A stretch of 64,000 nucleotides of DNA from positions 6,313,220-6,377,219 of the forward strand of contig MU054323.1 in NCBI GenBank assembly GCA_013239625.1, given 5' to 3'. This document shows, piece after piece, positions 49,429-62,110 of this stretch. Position numbers and translations under genes: made by a program. Every line of letters begins with the position of its first letter. The first letter of the stretch is position 1. Under the pieces are notes generated by a model. The model had not been told where the DNA came from, did no database searches, and saw only the letters and a list, made by a program, of their open reading frames with translations. The DNA is from Lama guanicoe. Its lineage: Eukaryota.

Positions 49429-52400
49429 TATAACTAAGAAACTTTGTGTTTTCTTTATTAGGGAAAAAGTTCCAAGAAAGACTGCCCTACATAGTAGAGG
49501 AGCAGAGAATTTGCATAAATAAAATAAACAAACTGTGGTAAACCCACTTAGTTTAGAAAAAAGTATAAGTGAAAGTGATGTTTAAATTCTAAAAAGTCAT
49601 ATTAAAAATTAACTCATCTTTTAAAATGGTTTCAAATATCCCTAGAGAAAGAAAATATAAAACATCTATTGCTCTAATTTAAGATACATGGAGTCCAAAA
49701 GTATATCCACAGAACACAAGAGTAAGAAAACCTTCTAATTCTATATTAGTTGAAGCAATATCTTCATGTAAGCATTTTCTAAAGTTTTACACGTTGTATG
49801 TCTAACTCACTTTCTTGTTAAAATTATCACTACTCATTTTCTGACTGCTAAGAAATTATTAAATAATAAAAAATAATTTCAACAATAAAAGGTAAACTGT
49901 ACTCTATTTGTGGTAGAATGAAAAACTCAAAAGGTAAGTCTACTATGTAGTAACATTCTAAAAGATGTCACATGAATAAACTGTATTGGCCATAAGCAAC
50001 TAATCATTTAACTCTTATAAAATGGGGCTTCTGAAAGTATAGGGGAAACTTCATTGCTTTTGATTATTTTGCTTTCTTTTCTTGGAATATGTGTTCAACA
50101 TTAAAAGGTAAAACAGAAATTTATAATGCAGGTAGTAAAGTCCCCAAAATTCTACCCTCCAGAGGTACTTATTGATAATAGTTTGGTTGGATTAGTTCAT
50201 TATAAACTGAGAAGCTGAGGAATTGAAAGGTAAAAAAACCCCACATGTCTTCTTACTTTAAAAAAATGCAGAATTTCACATTTACAAATGTTTAAAACAT
50301 ATTGTTTGATGAAATAATGTATGTAAATAAAAATAAAATCAAACAATTAGGTATTATATTTTAGATTAACAAAAGTTTTCGTAAATGCATAGAAAAAAAT
50401 GGGATAAATATTTTGTTTACTAACTACATCTGTGGTTTTCTCTAAGGGTTGGGTTATGAAGAATTTTCACTTTGAACATTAAATATTCTTTTATTGGTTA
50501 AATTTTTCTTCAATGAGCATATATTACTTTTGTAATGAGGGGAAAACAATACTATGCAGCTGTAAAAAAAATAAAAAAGAGCTCTGTGTGCTGATAGAGT
50601 TCTTGAGATTATATTACCCAATGGAACATGATGCAGAATACTGTATATAGTACCTTACCTTTTGTGTAACAAAAGGAAAAACAAAAATATATAACAAGAC
50701 CTGCTAATCTCTGCATAGAGAAATAAAAATGAAAATGGTTACTTATGGGAGGTGAGGGGAACAGGATGAACAGAGATGGGGTGAGAGTAAGACTTCTCAG
50801 TATATAGCTTTCTATTAAAATAATGTTTTGTTTTTCTAAACCAAGCAAATGAATTACCTATTCAAAAAGAGAAAGAACAAGGGAAAAAAGAAAAAAAAAT
50901 TTGAAAAATCATGGAGGGAAAAAAATCCAAACTAGATTTCACATTTATAAGTACTATAATTTTTTAAAACAAAAATTTTATTTACTGAAAATATACAGAA
51001 AACTTCATGGAGTTACATAAAACCATTTAAATGTCTATTCTGGCTGAAGACAATGTGGGAAAAATGCTCTTCAAAAATCTAGAATTGAGATGTTAAATGT
51101 TTTAAATATCTATTTCAATTAGCTTTGATACATGATACAACTAAGATCCCTAACATGGTTGTGGAATTAACTTAAAAAAATTTTTTTAATCAGTGATTTA
51201 ACTGATTTTTAACTGACTTATTTGTGATTTAACTGGTTTTTGGGGACAATTTAGGAATTTGAATAAGGACTAGGTATTAGATGATATTAAGTAATTATTA
51301 TTAATGTTATCAAGTATGATAATAGTACTGTGATAATTAAAGAACATGTGCTTACACTTTAGAATAGCATCCCAATATACTTCTGGGTGAAATACCATGA
51401 TGTCTCTACTTAAAAAAATATTTTAGAAAACAAAAACAACAAAAAGGAAACAATTATGGCAAAATATTAACAATTGTTAAATCCAGGTGATACATATAGA
51501 TAGGGTTTCATTTTGTAGCCTTCCTATATGTTTACAACTTTTCATAATAAAAAATACATTTTACTACATGTTTGACATTTTTATAATAAAAATAATTAGT
51601 TCAGTTTTAAATATTCTTTGGTTCTTTTAAAAATCTACATCCTTGAGTCAAACAGTAGTTTATGAAAAAACTAAAGTATCTCTTTTTGACTGTTATTTAA
51701 ATAGCAATTTACATATTATTTATTATTGATTTCCACACCAACATTCTGCAAATATCTTTTAAAACGAAGATATGTAAGTCTGCCATAATCAAATCAGTGT
51801 GGTATTATTAAAGTTCTAGGTAAAGAGATCAGCATTACAGTAGCTGCAGCAAGAAGAATCCACAGTTAGATCCCAGGATATACAAGTTTACAACGACAAA
51901 TGTGGTAGATCAAGTTCAGTGAGATAAAGATGGATGTTGGTAGCACAACTGGTTATCTATTTCTTGGAAAATTTTAATTAAAGTTTAGAAACTTAAATGT
52001 AAAAACTAATATAATAAAATAACGCAAGAAAATCTAGACTATTACATATATATCAGTTTCTACAATATACAAAAACCTCTTGTAAACTGCTAACTCAACA
52101 GGAAAAAATGAACAACAGGTAATTCACATTCAATTGGCCAAAAAAATGAATACATACTCAAATTCACTAACAACAAAGGAAATACAAATTAACAGAAGTG
52201 AAATGCCACTTCACACTCATCAGATTGGTGAGGATGTGAGGGACAGGACAGTCCCATAGGATGCTGATGGGCATGTGATGATGCATTGTTCAGTAAAAAA
52301 TCTGTGAAAGGCAATCTGGCAACTCTATTAAAAGCAGAAACATCTCTCTCTCTCTCTCTCAATATATATATATATACACACACACATAGTCTTCAAATTT

Positions 52401-53220
52401 GTACTTCCACTTTCTGGGAACCAAGCCAACCAAAATAAAAGTAAGAGTATAAATAGATACATACAAGAATACTATTGCAGCACTATTCAGAGTGGCTTAG
52501 AACTGAAAACAAAGTGAATGTCCATCAACAAGGGAACGGCTGAATAAACAGCACACTCTCAGCATTAAGTAAAGAACGCACCTTATGACCCCATTCCTGT
52601 AAAACAATGACAAAATCACCACTAACACCCCTCCACATAATATATCTATGTATACAAAGCTCTGTGTAAGATTTATATGAGTGTGAAGTGAAATACAGAA
52701 GGCTCCACATTGAGCTGTTAGTTAAAGTGCGTTCCAGAAAGGAGGAGCAGGGTCAAGTTTGATGGGGAAGGAAAGTTTTCATGATAAAAGCAGATATGAT
52801 GTGGTCCTATTTATGTAATATTTTGTTTGCATATGCAGGTATAAATAGAAGCATTAAAATTTTTTAATCACTGTAACCTTTCTTATAAATGGAAGAGTGT
52901 CTGCAAGTGCATAAGGAAAAGGTTTTCACAATGAAACAGCATGATTTAAAATTATTTTTCTAAATATAGACTACCAGAATGAGTACAATCATTCATGTTT
53001 TCACACCACGCACATGATAAAATCACAGTGTATACTGGTACGTGTGCCCATCTGGATGGCAGGCGACCAACATGGAAAGGTATATGAACTTGCCTGAATA
53101 AAACATGCCCAGGTCAGTGAAGTTCAATTACAACACCATCTTCCTCATCAATATATTTCTCTTGCAGCAAGCACCCACTGGTAGCAGGAGCCAGTGGTAG
53201 CTCCTCAAAGGGGAAGTTAC

Positions 53221-55035
53221 CTGGCAAGTGATGTGAACATAAGGTAGATCCGGAGAGAGTGGATACGAAGGAGAGGATTTCTTTCCATTCTGTAGAGAGT
53301 CTGTGAGCTTAGAAAGACATTGCTGCACTTCATTTAGGTTCCTGGATAAAACTTTCAGTTCCTTAGACAGCTGATAAATTTCCTTTTCCCTTTGTACGTT
53401 AGGAGGTTCTGGGGTCTTGGTGTGGTCTGGAGTGCCGCTGGGTCTGGGCAGTGTTACTGGCTGGTTAACAGGTCCGGCACCTGGAGTTTCTAGGGCTGTG
53501 GAGCCATCACAGATACTGGATGGAGGACTTTTGATTTCTTTAATAAGGGTTCTTCCAGGATTCCTACTCGGATTGCTGCTATTAGCTGTTAACAAGAGCC
53601 CTCCATTTTGGTGATAAAAATCTGGGGAAAGACTTTCAATTAGCTTTTTATTTGCTTGGTTTAACACAGTACTGAGAGCAGAGTAACCACTCTGGTTTTC
53701 ACTCAACGTCACTGGAGATTCTTCTTCCAACATCACTTCTCTAACAATCAAACGAAGCATATACTGATCAGACTTTGAAGAAGGAAGAAATGCTGAATCA
53801 GTGGGTCTTTGTTCTCCTACCAAAATTAATAATAATTTATCTGTCAAGAAACATATGCCTTTTGGTCTTTCATTACTCTCTAACTGAATCTGCCGGATGT
53901 TTGGCATAAATGATGGAATGACAGAATAGATAAAAATTGTATTATACGTATTGGAAGCCACTGCGACTACCTGTGCTTTAAGACTAAATGCTATTAGATC
54001 AGGAACCAGAATGCCCGGAATGGTGACTTTCCTATTCTGCGTAACCTCTTTCTCAAAGTTCAAGAGGACCAAATGTGAAGAATCCAGGCCAGTTCCCGTC
54101 AAGTAGTCCTTTTTTCTTAGACAAATAAGAGAACTACCCTCAGATTTAGATCTGCTGAAGTGTATATGAGTTAGATCCAGAAGATCAGAAAAGGATGAAG
54201 AAAAGGGAGAAACCGGTGTTTCAGAACTTGTTTCAGAAGCGACTGCGTCGTTATCCACAGAGGAAACTTCATCAGTAACTGGTAAAGTATATGAACAAGT
54301 GTCTTCACCACTAGGGGCAACGTCAAAGGTGCCAGATGCATTTAAGCCACAAATCTTACCTAGTGGAAGCTCAGTGGCTATAGCAACCTCTGAGTTCACA
54401 GTGGCTCCGATGGAGCACACGTGGCTGTCCACATCAAACACTGGGCAGAAGGAGCACCTGTGAAGAGCCTTCTGAGCACTGTCCCAAATATAAGAATGCA
54501 GGCTGCTGCCTACTGCCACCACCAGCATCTGACCATTCTGGGTCCAACACGCACAGTGAATGAGGCCTTGGGTGTTGAGGTCCACTTTTACCTGGGAATT
54601 GTTGCAGTGGACATTATGGAAAATGGAGACATCCTGTGCAGTCAACACAGTCAGGACAGCAATTTTTGGGTGCCACACACAGCCCTGGGGAAGGACAGGG
54701 AATGACTGTCTTATCTCACAGTTCTGAGACATCAGCCATTTGCCTGTATCCGAGGTGCTAGGACACAGTTGCCACACAATGACATGCATCTTGTGCTGGA
54801 CAGCGAGCAGAGCAGGTGTATCAGCTGTACCAGGTGGGGCCCAGGACACCCCATACACATGTTCAAATTGTCCAATGACCTTTGAGTCTCCAAATGTGGC
54901 CTCTCCACTCTGAACCTGTAAGTCAGTCAGGACTACCTGATTTCCATCAGTCCAGGCAAGGCCGTGAATTGGGTGTATTGCTTGATACAATGCATTCAGT
55001 CCAGTCCTGAGAAGTCTTCCTCTTCCCAACTCCAT
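53221..55035 (-). CDS. WDCP: WD repeat and coiled-coil containing protein (C2orf44), large first coding exon, 605 codons
   Basis: [32 protein letters not shown]-terminus; coiled-coil heptads near the end; CAG|GTAACT donor at 53220; likely acceptor tttcag| with exon start at 55054. Confidence 0.97.
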
Positions 55036-58000
55036 CCTTTCTGATAAAGGTTATCTGAAATAATTATGAAGGAAGTTATACCATGAGAATATAATTAGAC
55101 AAATTCAAAATGTAGAACATTTTACCAGACAATGGCTTAGCCCTTTCACAAGTCATTACTGTGAGGGGATAAAAGGATGGAAGGAATGTAACAGATTAAA
55201 AGACAGCCTGGCAGTGCTTAGAAATTATTGTTCCTGCAAAATAAGGTCAAACTTTTGAAGCCAAATGACTAAACTGTTTCAGTGAAATTTTAATAAAGAG
55301 AATGAAATTTCAGATTTTTTTCTTGTTGTTCCACAGGTTCACTCTATGATCACCTCTGCAGAATACTGATTTTTATTCAATTTATGGAGCCAAATGTATA
55401 TTCTGGACACCTCTAGTTCAAACTTCTCTGATCAAAGAACTGGAATACTGAACAACAGCAATATAGACAAAACAATAATAATGCTTATAGTAATAGTTCT
55501 TGGTTCAAAATTCTAAGCCACTCATAGGAAAGCAGGTAAACAAGCAAAAAATGTACACTCTGAATACTAACCCCATGTCTCTTTAAGTTACTGTAATCAT
55601 AATTTTTGAATGTAGCCTCACTATGATGCTATAATTAATTAGAGAGAGCCAATAAAATATGCAAGATGCACGTAAGGCCTGAAATGAGTCAACTCATCAT
55701 GGAGTTGATCAACACAGTAGACAGCTGCCTCAAATTCTTTTGTAAATAGAGCACATAACAATTACAAGTATGTAATAAGATCATACGTGTGCCTAAAGAT
55801 TACAATCGTATAAAATTAAATGCCAAAGCCTAATTACAAAATGCACTATGTGATAAACTACAAGGTCCTACTGTATAGCACAGGAAATTATATTCAATAC
55901 CTGATAATAATCTATAATGAAAAAGTATGAAAAGGAATGTATATATACATATATATATATAACCGAATCATGCTATACACCAGAATCACGCTAACACGAC
56001 ATTGTAAACAGACTATACTTCAATTTAAAAAAATGCACCATGTTATTTGAGTCATAATTTTTATTGCAATTAATGATCTGAGATGTTTGAAAAGAATCTT
56101 TTTAAAGCTTTCAAATATCTTTCTTTCACATATACTTTTCCTTTAGATTGCTCATATCTGACTCCTTCTTGTCAGTATGCTTTATTTCACTTTATTCTCA
56201 ACACTGAAGGGAAAGCAAAAGGTAAGACTTGAATTCCCATTTGTCACCAAATTAAAATATGGTAGAACCTTACTAACTTCCATCAATTTCAATGGTAAAA
56301 TTTTATGTTAGCCTTTCTGTGAAATGTTGAGACATGCCAAAACAAAGGAAATCAGGATGACAGTTACTGAATATGCAAAAACAGACCATATTCTATAAAT
56401 ACACCCAGATACTACCTGAACTTGCCAAAGGAAATGAGGGAATAAACATGTCCAGCATGTGCCACACTTAGGGCTGGTCACCTAGAATCTGATATGATCC
56501 TTGTAATAGTCTTGTAAGGATGGCATTCTTACTCTTACTTGAGAGACAACAAAGCTGAAGCTCTAAAAAGAGACTAACCTTTCACATCTTACAACAAAAC
56601 ACCTTCCAGATAAAGATCCAAATGTGTAAAACAAAAACATAACAGATTTAAAAGAAAGACTTTCGACAGAACTATAGAAACACTCAAACACATACACGTA
56701 TATGGATTTACTGCAGCATCTTTTGTATTAGAAAAACCCAAATGTACATCAATATGGAAACAGTTAAATAAAAAATAAAGACGCTCCATGAGTACTGATA
56801 AGAAAAAAATCTTTCCTCGTAAAAAATGCAGTGAAATTGACAAAGTAACATGTCTAGTATGCTCCTATTTATGGAAAAAAATTCACCTCTGTATGTCTAT
56901 ATACATGTGTGTTCGTGTACACTTACATAAAGATGCAGAAAAGGATCAGAAATGACACATACCAAAGTGTTCATAGTACATACTGAGATGCAGTGAGGTG
57001 GTGTAAGAAAGACACTGGGATACTTACTTCTGTATTTCTTGGGAAAAATTGCTTTTACAATATGTATGTATTCAAACAGTCCTTTTGTAATTGAAAAAAA
57101 GTAAACATTTAAATGTAAAAAAATACTTACTTTATAAAAAGCTGTTATAAGCCAGATAAAAAGACAAAACACGCTAAATTTTAAAGTGGACAAAGATTAC
57201 CAACAGGCAATTTACAAAATAATATGATGATCAAAAAGCATATTCTAAGTGATGTTTAAGCTTATTAATTATCATAAAGGATTGTCTAAACTTGCAGCGT
57301 TCATTTCTTCACCATTCTCTTCTTAATCCACCACAAACTGACACCATTTCTACCTCTTCTCTAAAACAACTCTCACCAACTCATCAGTGCCATCCACCTC
57401 ACAGAATCCAATGGACATTTTTCAATCTTGTTTTACTGACTCCTAACTAAAGACAGAACCTGAGAAATTGCCTTCAGACTCTAAATTCAAAGAAATGTAT
57501 TCTCCACCAAACTGGCAGATTTGCTTTTAACTTATCTGCAAATTATTTCTCATATCTCTTTGCTACCATTGTCCCTGCTCTTAGAATCTTTTACTAAGAT
57601 GGAATGGTCTGTTATACTTCTACACATGATGTCAGATTAAGTGGTTTGGCAGTGACTTGCTAAATGAAGAAATATGTCCTCTGTCATTACTAATAACAAA
57701 AACTGCCATCTCAAACCTACTGGTCTTGTATAAGATAATGTATGTTTTTTCCTAATATCTACTTATGCACTTTTAAAAGACTTCTATTGATAAATAATGC
57801 ATGACACATTTTCCTGGGCAGAGAAAATCCCTAATGGGCCAATTGTATCAAAGGCAATTTATATGATATGTTTTAGGCCACCCAAGTCAGTCTAATGTCA
57901 TTAAGACTGTGTATGGCCAGGAGTAACAGAAGGTAAGGGATAAATGTCCCTTGTGAATAAGGGAAAAATAAATGATAATAAAGTTACTGAGATTTTTAGA

Positions 58001-59699
58001 AGAATTAACTTTAATATTCTCATCTTTAATCACAAGAAGAAATTCGGCCTATTTCCCTCAAAATCCTAATAATTACAAAAATCTGTTCTAATTCTTTCAT
58101 TTCTATTCCATTTCCTATCTACTGCATTATTAGTCCAGGTCCTGAGCCCCTCTTCCTTTTCAGTAGGGTAGGACAAGGAGAAGTCCTCTTCATACCAGTC
58201 TCTTCTTTCCCACAGAGCCAGGACTCTGTATGTTGGGTAGAATTATCTGGAGAAAAGTCACAGCTCTGGTCATTTTGCATTTCTGCTCAAATGCCTTTGA
58301 TGAGTCTCCACAGTCTATGCATATAAAAGTTCTTCCAAAATGTTTCAGCAAAGCATTGAAGGCCGTAAACTGTCCTATATTGCTAGACCTTTCCAGCCTT
58401 AACCCCCTGATCATAAAGGGACTGCTGAGGAATTTGGAATTTAGAGGAACCAGCACGCATTTATGCAACAATGTGCAGAATGGACCTGAGAAAGTAGGAA
58501 GCTGACAAGTTTAATAAGGGACCAGGAAATAGTTTGAATGTTACTATGAGAAAGTGAGCCAAGTCTGTAGCTACTTCAGTAGAGAAAGAGAGCCAGAATT
58601 CAAGAGGTATTTCTAAGACAGATGAAACAGACATCAAGTAGGATGAGCAGTGAGGAAGGAGAATTAAGGATAACATGGGAAATTGCTGAACCATTAAACA
58701 GAGATAGAGGGCAGAACATGCTTCAAAGGAAAGAACAGTGTGTAGTGTGTAACAAATTTAGTATTAAATGTGCTTCATTTGTCTATAGGGTAGAACTGCA
58801 CCTTAGGCAGTCACAAGTAAACATCTGGGGGTCACTGTCACAGAGTCTGTAACGTTACAAGAGAGCCAAGAGGACAAAGGCTGAAATGGCCTTCAGGTGT
58901 TCTCCAATTATTTTGTATATTTTTAAATATTTACATTTTGCTTGAAGCTAACTGTGTATCTCCTGGTCTCAACCCTCAGACTATAATATTTCTCAAATCA
59001 GGGGCCCTGGGTGTTTTATAGAGAGAAAGGCTGACTGTATTAGTTCAGGGGGGAGATGGTCAGAACCAGGACCTGGTGCTCAGTCTATGACCATTTAATT
59101 CTTCTGTTTTTAATCTTCTTTAAAAACAACTCATAGTGAGAATCTAGGGGCTTAGGTGAATTGGAGCACTTACTGTAGGTTTAAACAGAGTTCCATATTT
59201 TGCAATTTGTTTTTCTAAGTTTATTGTGTTTTCACTATAAAATAATTCCAAGTTATTTACACTTATTGTTTTAAATTAAAACACAGGAAAGGTAAAAAGG
59301 TAAATTCACAAAAAACCATTCATCAAAGAAAATTATGACTACATCCCTTCAGCCTTTTTTCTATGCAGTTTTAAACTTTTTCAATCATACTGTACAATAT
59401 CGTATCACGATTTTTTCACTTCACATATATTATCAGTTTCTCAAGTTACTTAAAAGTTTTATTAATTACTTTTAGGAGCCACTTAATATTCACTTTTCCT
59501 CACTGTTGAGGAAGTTCCATAATTTTCCCTCACTGGGAGATACCAGGTTATGGCCAAATTCATCCTTCTATAAATAACGTTGCGATAAAGGTGTTTACGT
59601 ATAAAGCACGTTCTTCATTTTGAATAGCAGACTTAGGACATATTCCTATATATAGGAGTGTCACTCGTGACACAGAGAATATATTCACTGATATAAACT

Positions 59700-60240
59700 C
59701 ACTCACCCCCTGCTCGTCCGCATCCGCCAGCCCCTCGCACGCGGCCCCCTACCAATTCTCCCCATCCTCTCCGCACACCTGTGACACATCCTCTCTCCTC
59801 CCCACCCTCAAAGTACCGATCCCTCCACTACCCTCCCCGCCCACCTACAGCCTCCCCAAACCGGCCAGGCCAGACAGTAGTGGAGACAAAATACCTTTGG
59901 CCTCACAGCCCCACAGAAAATCTGTCTCCCGGAGTCCGCCGGGGCTCACGCACCGCGGATCTGAAGCCGTAAGCGAGTACCGGAAGCATCGGCTCCCAGG
60001 CCCCTGATAGGTGAGCGGAGGCTGGGCAAGCTCGGCAATACCTCGGCCTATTGGCTTTTATATGTGTCCGTTAGGAGAGGGTCCTTCCCACTGGCCAATA
60101 AGCTCGGGCTTTGCCCCACGGGCCTCTGGGAGTTGTATTCCCGACGGTAAGCCTGCCACAAGTTCTCCCGTGAGAGGTTTAGCGCCTTCCCCCACTTCTC
60201 ATCGGTTCTCTTAGTCTAAGAACGAGTCCGGGAGCCCCAG
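59700..60240 (-). promoter_or_regulatory. WDCP: WDCP CpG-rich promoter and probable non-coding exon 1
   Basis: CpG-rich; ETS CCGGAAG 59980-59986; CCAAT boxes 60050-60054 (minus) and 60095-60099; ZNF143/THAP11-like motif 60121-60139; candidate minus-strand donors C|GTGAGC at 59949 and AG|GTATTT at 59894. Confidence 0.75.
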
Positions 60241-61353
60241 AGTCAACACAATTCCTTAGCCTTTCTTTTGTGGGAGTGGTGGTGGAGGTGGTGGGGGTCG
60301 GGGATGGGAAGGAGTCGCAGCCCTCCTTAAAATAAGATAAAAATCTCCTCAGAAAAATGTTCTTATCCGTTCACAAAATGGTGTGCATTTAACTGAAGCC
60401 GCTCCACGGACCTGTCCCAATTACAAACTCCTATTCTACACTTACCCCAACAGTGCCTGCCCTTGGCCACAGCTCAAGGAGCTAGTGCGACACTAGGCTA
60501 AGACCCCTATACCCCTGGGACATTCTGGGCCCCGCCTTGGAGCAAGCAGCCCGTGGGGAATTTCAGACCCTGACCCTCACAGCACGGTAGATCGTCATGT
60601 TTCTTGAACAATACAACCAGCCCTCCTTCATCAATGCTGATAACTGAAGTCTCTGCCCTATTCATCTGGGAGAATGGCGGGAGGCGAAGTGGAGGAAGAA
60701 CACCTCTCGGGCCCACTCTGGACATCTTTGCCCTGGCTTTTCTCCCCATGCCTAACTTCCGGCGCCACTCGTCAGAATCATACATCAATTTTTGCAGCAA
60801 TGCGTTGAAGAATGAGAAAAAAATGAAACAAAAGTTAAAGTCTCATTCATTTTTCAAGCAAACGTTAACTCCTCCAAAAAATTGTCTTTCCAGATTCCTG
60901 GATCTCCTTTGGGTGGAGGCGAAGGGTCTTGCGTGGAGGAGGAACTCAAGGTAGAACTCATTCATTCATCCCACAGCAGAATCACCCCACCGCTGTTACT
61001 GTGTGACCCCACTCAACACAGATTCAGATTCAATTCGTCGAGGACAGCAATTCTGTCTTAATTCAGTTGGTACCCCCAGGGCATAGTTCTCTGCCCTGAA
61101 AGGTGGGAACCCACCTGTGCGTGGGATGGAGAAGAGGGGTTTAAGTTGGGTGCAGGAGAGTCAGTAATGACTGGCTTCTTTCCCTCCCCTGTCCCTCCCC
61201 CCCGCCCCCCCATCATAACGTTCTGAACTCTATGGCGGTGAACGCATCTAATTAAAGCGTTGGTTTCGTTACCAGCCTTCTTCCCCTAGTCTGTGAGACC
61301 GAGTTGACTCCTGGAGCTTAACAGAGAGTAGGTGCTAGATAAATGTGTTGAAC

Positions 61354-61410
61354 AGATGGATAGATGGATGGATGGATGTATAGATGGATGGACAGATGGG
61401 TGGGTGGGTG
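61354..61410 (+). repeat. Imperfect (GATG)n/(GGTG)n microsatellite upstream of the FKBP1B promoter
   Basis: agatggatagatggatggatggatgtatagatggatggacagatgggtgggtgggtg. Confidence 0.9.
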
Positions 61411-61489
61411 CGCGGGTAAATGCGCTTGTCTGCATGCCTCCCTCACCTTCCTTCCCAGTCAGTAGGTTAATGATCTTTAGCCTGGTCAA

Positions 61490-62110
61490 GCTCTAGAGCA
61501 GCCTCGTCAGGGTCCCTTCCCCCGGGCCCCGCCCCGGTCGACCCCACCTTTCCGCGCCGCTCCGCCCCGCCGCCCCCTTCCCGGTGGCCCCTCCCCGCGC
61601 AGGTCCCGACTCCAGCCGCACCTCCTCCGACTCTGCAGTGGCGGAGGGGAGGCAAGCAGGAACGCCAGCGGGCCAGGGCCGGAGCCGAGCCGGGGTCAGG
61701 GCAACAGCGGGGACCCTCGGAGGCGGGGCCAGTGGGACCGCGATGGGCGTGGAGATCGAGACCATCTCTCCGGGAGACGGTACCGGGTGGCGGAGCTGGG
61801 GGAGGAGGAGGGGTCTCGGGGCGGAGCCCGGCGGGCGGGGGTCCGATAACGAGGTGGCGCGGAGGGTGCCGAAGGGGGAGCGGGCCTAGGATGGGGGCGG
61901 CGGGAGAAAACCCCAGACGGGATTGTTGGGGATCTAGCAGACATCCTTCGCCATCCCTTTCCGCTCCTGCTCACCTAGAGGAAAGAAGGCGGCGGCCGGG
62001 AGGCTGGGGTCTGCGGCCCGCCACCGCCCCGGGGGCCTCTGGCTGCTACTGCCGCGGCTGGAACCACTCGGTTACCCACTACTGCTGATTTCCCAGGTTT
62101 CCGCTACTGC
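61490..62110 (+). promoter_or_regulatory. FKBP1B: FKBP1B CpG-island promoter
   Basis: Very GC/CpG-rich, with multiple CCCCGCCCC/GGGCGG boxes around the first coding exon. Confidence 0.88.
61743..61779 (+). CDS. FKBP1B: FKBP12.6 peptidyl-prolyl isomerase, exon 1 coding part (MGVEIETISPGDG); remainder outside window
   Basis: gcgATGG, 37 nt, G|GTACCG donor; MGVEIETISPGDG is FKBP1B (FKBP1A reads MGVQVET); synteny with WDCP. Confidence 0.96.

Noticed and set aside
53128..53220. Last 30 codons of the 635-aa ORF as the WDCP C-terminus
   Set aside because: They follow a CAG|GTAACT donor, two in-phase downstream exons carry conserved WDCP sequence, and I saw no nearby intronic AATAAA.
58190..58852. 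Mutually overlapping 76-93 aa ORFs in WDCP intron 1
   Set aside because: No recognisable protein or exon structure; the sequence looks like decayed L2-type repeat.
61584..61742. In-frame GTG-initiated N-terminal extension of FKBP1B
   Set aside because: Open frames are expected at this GC content, the peptide is low-complexity, and the canonical ATG has strong context.
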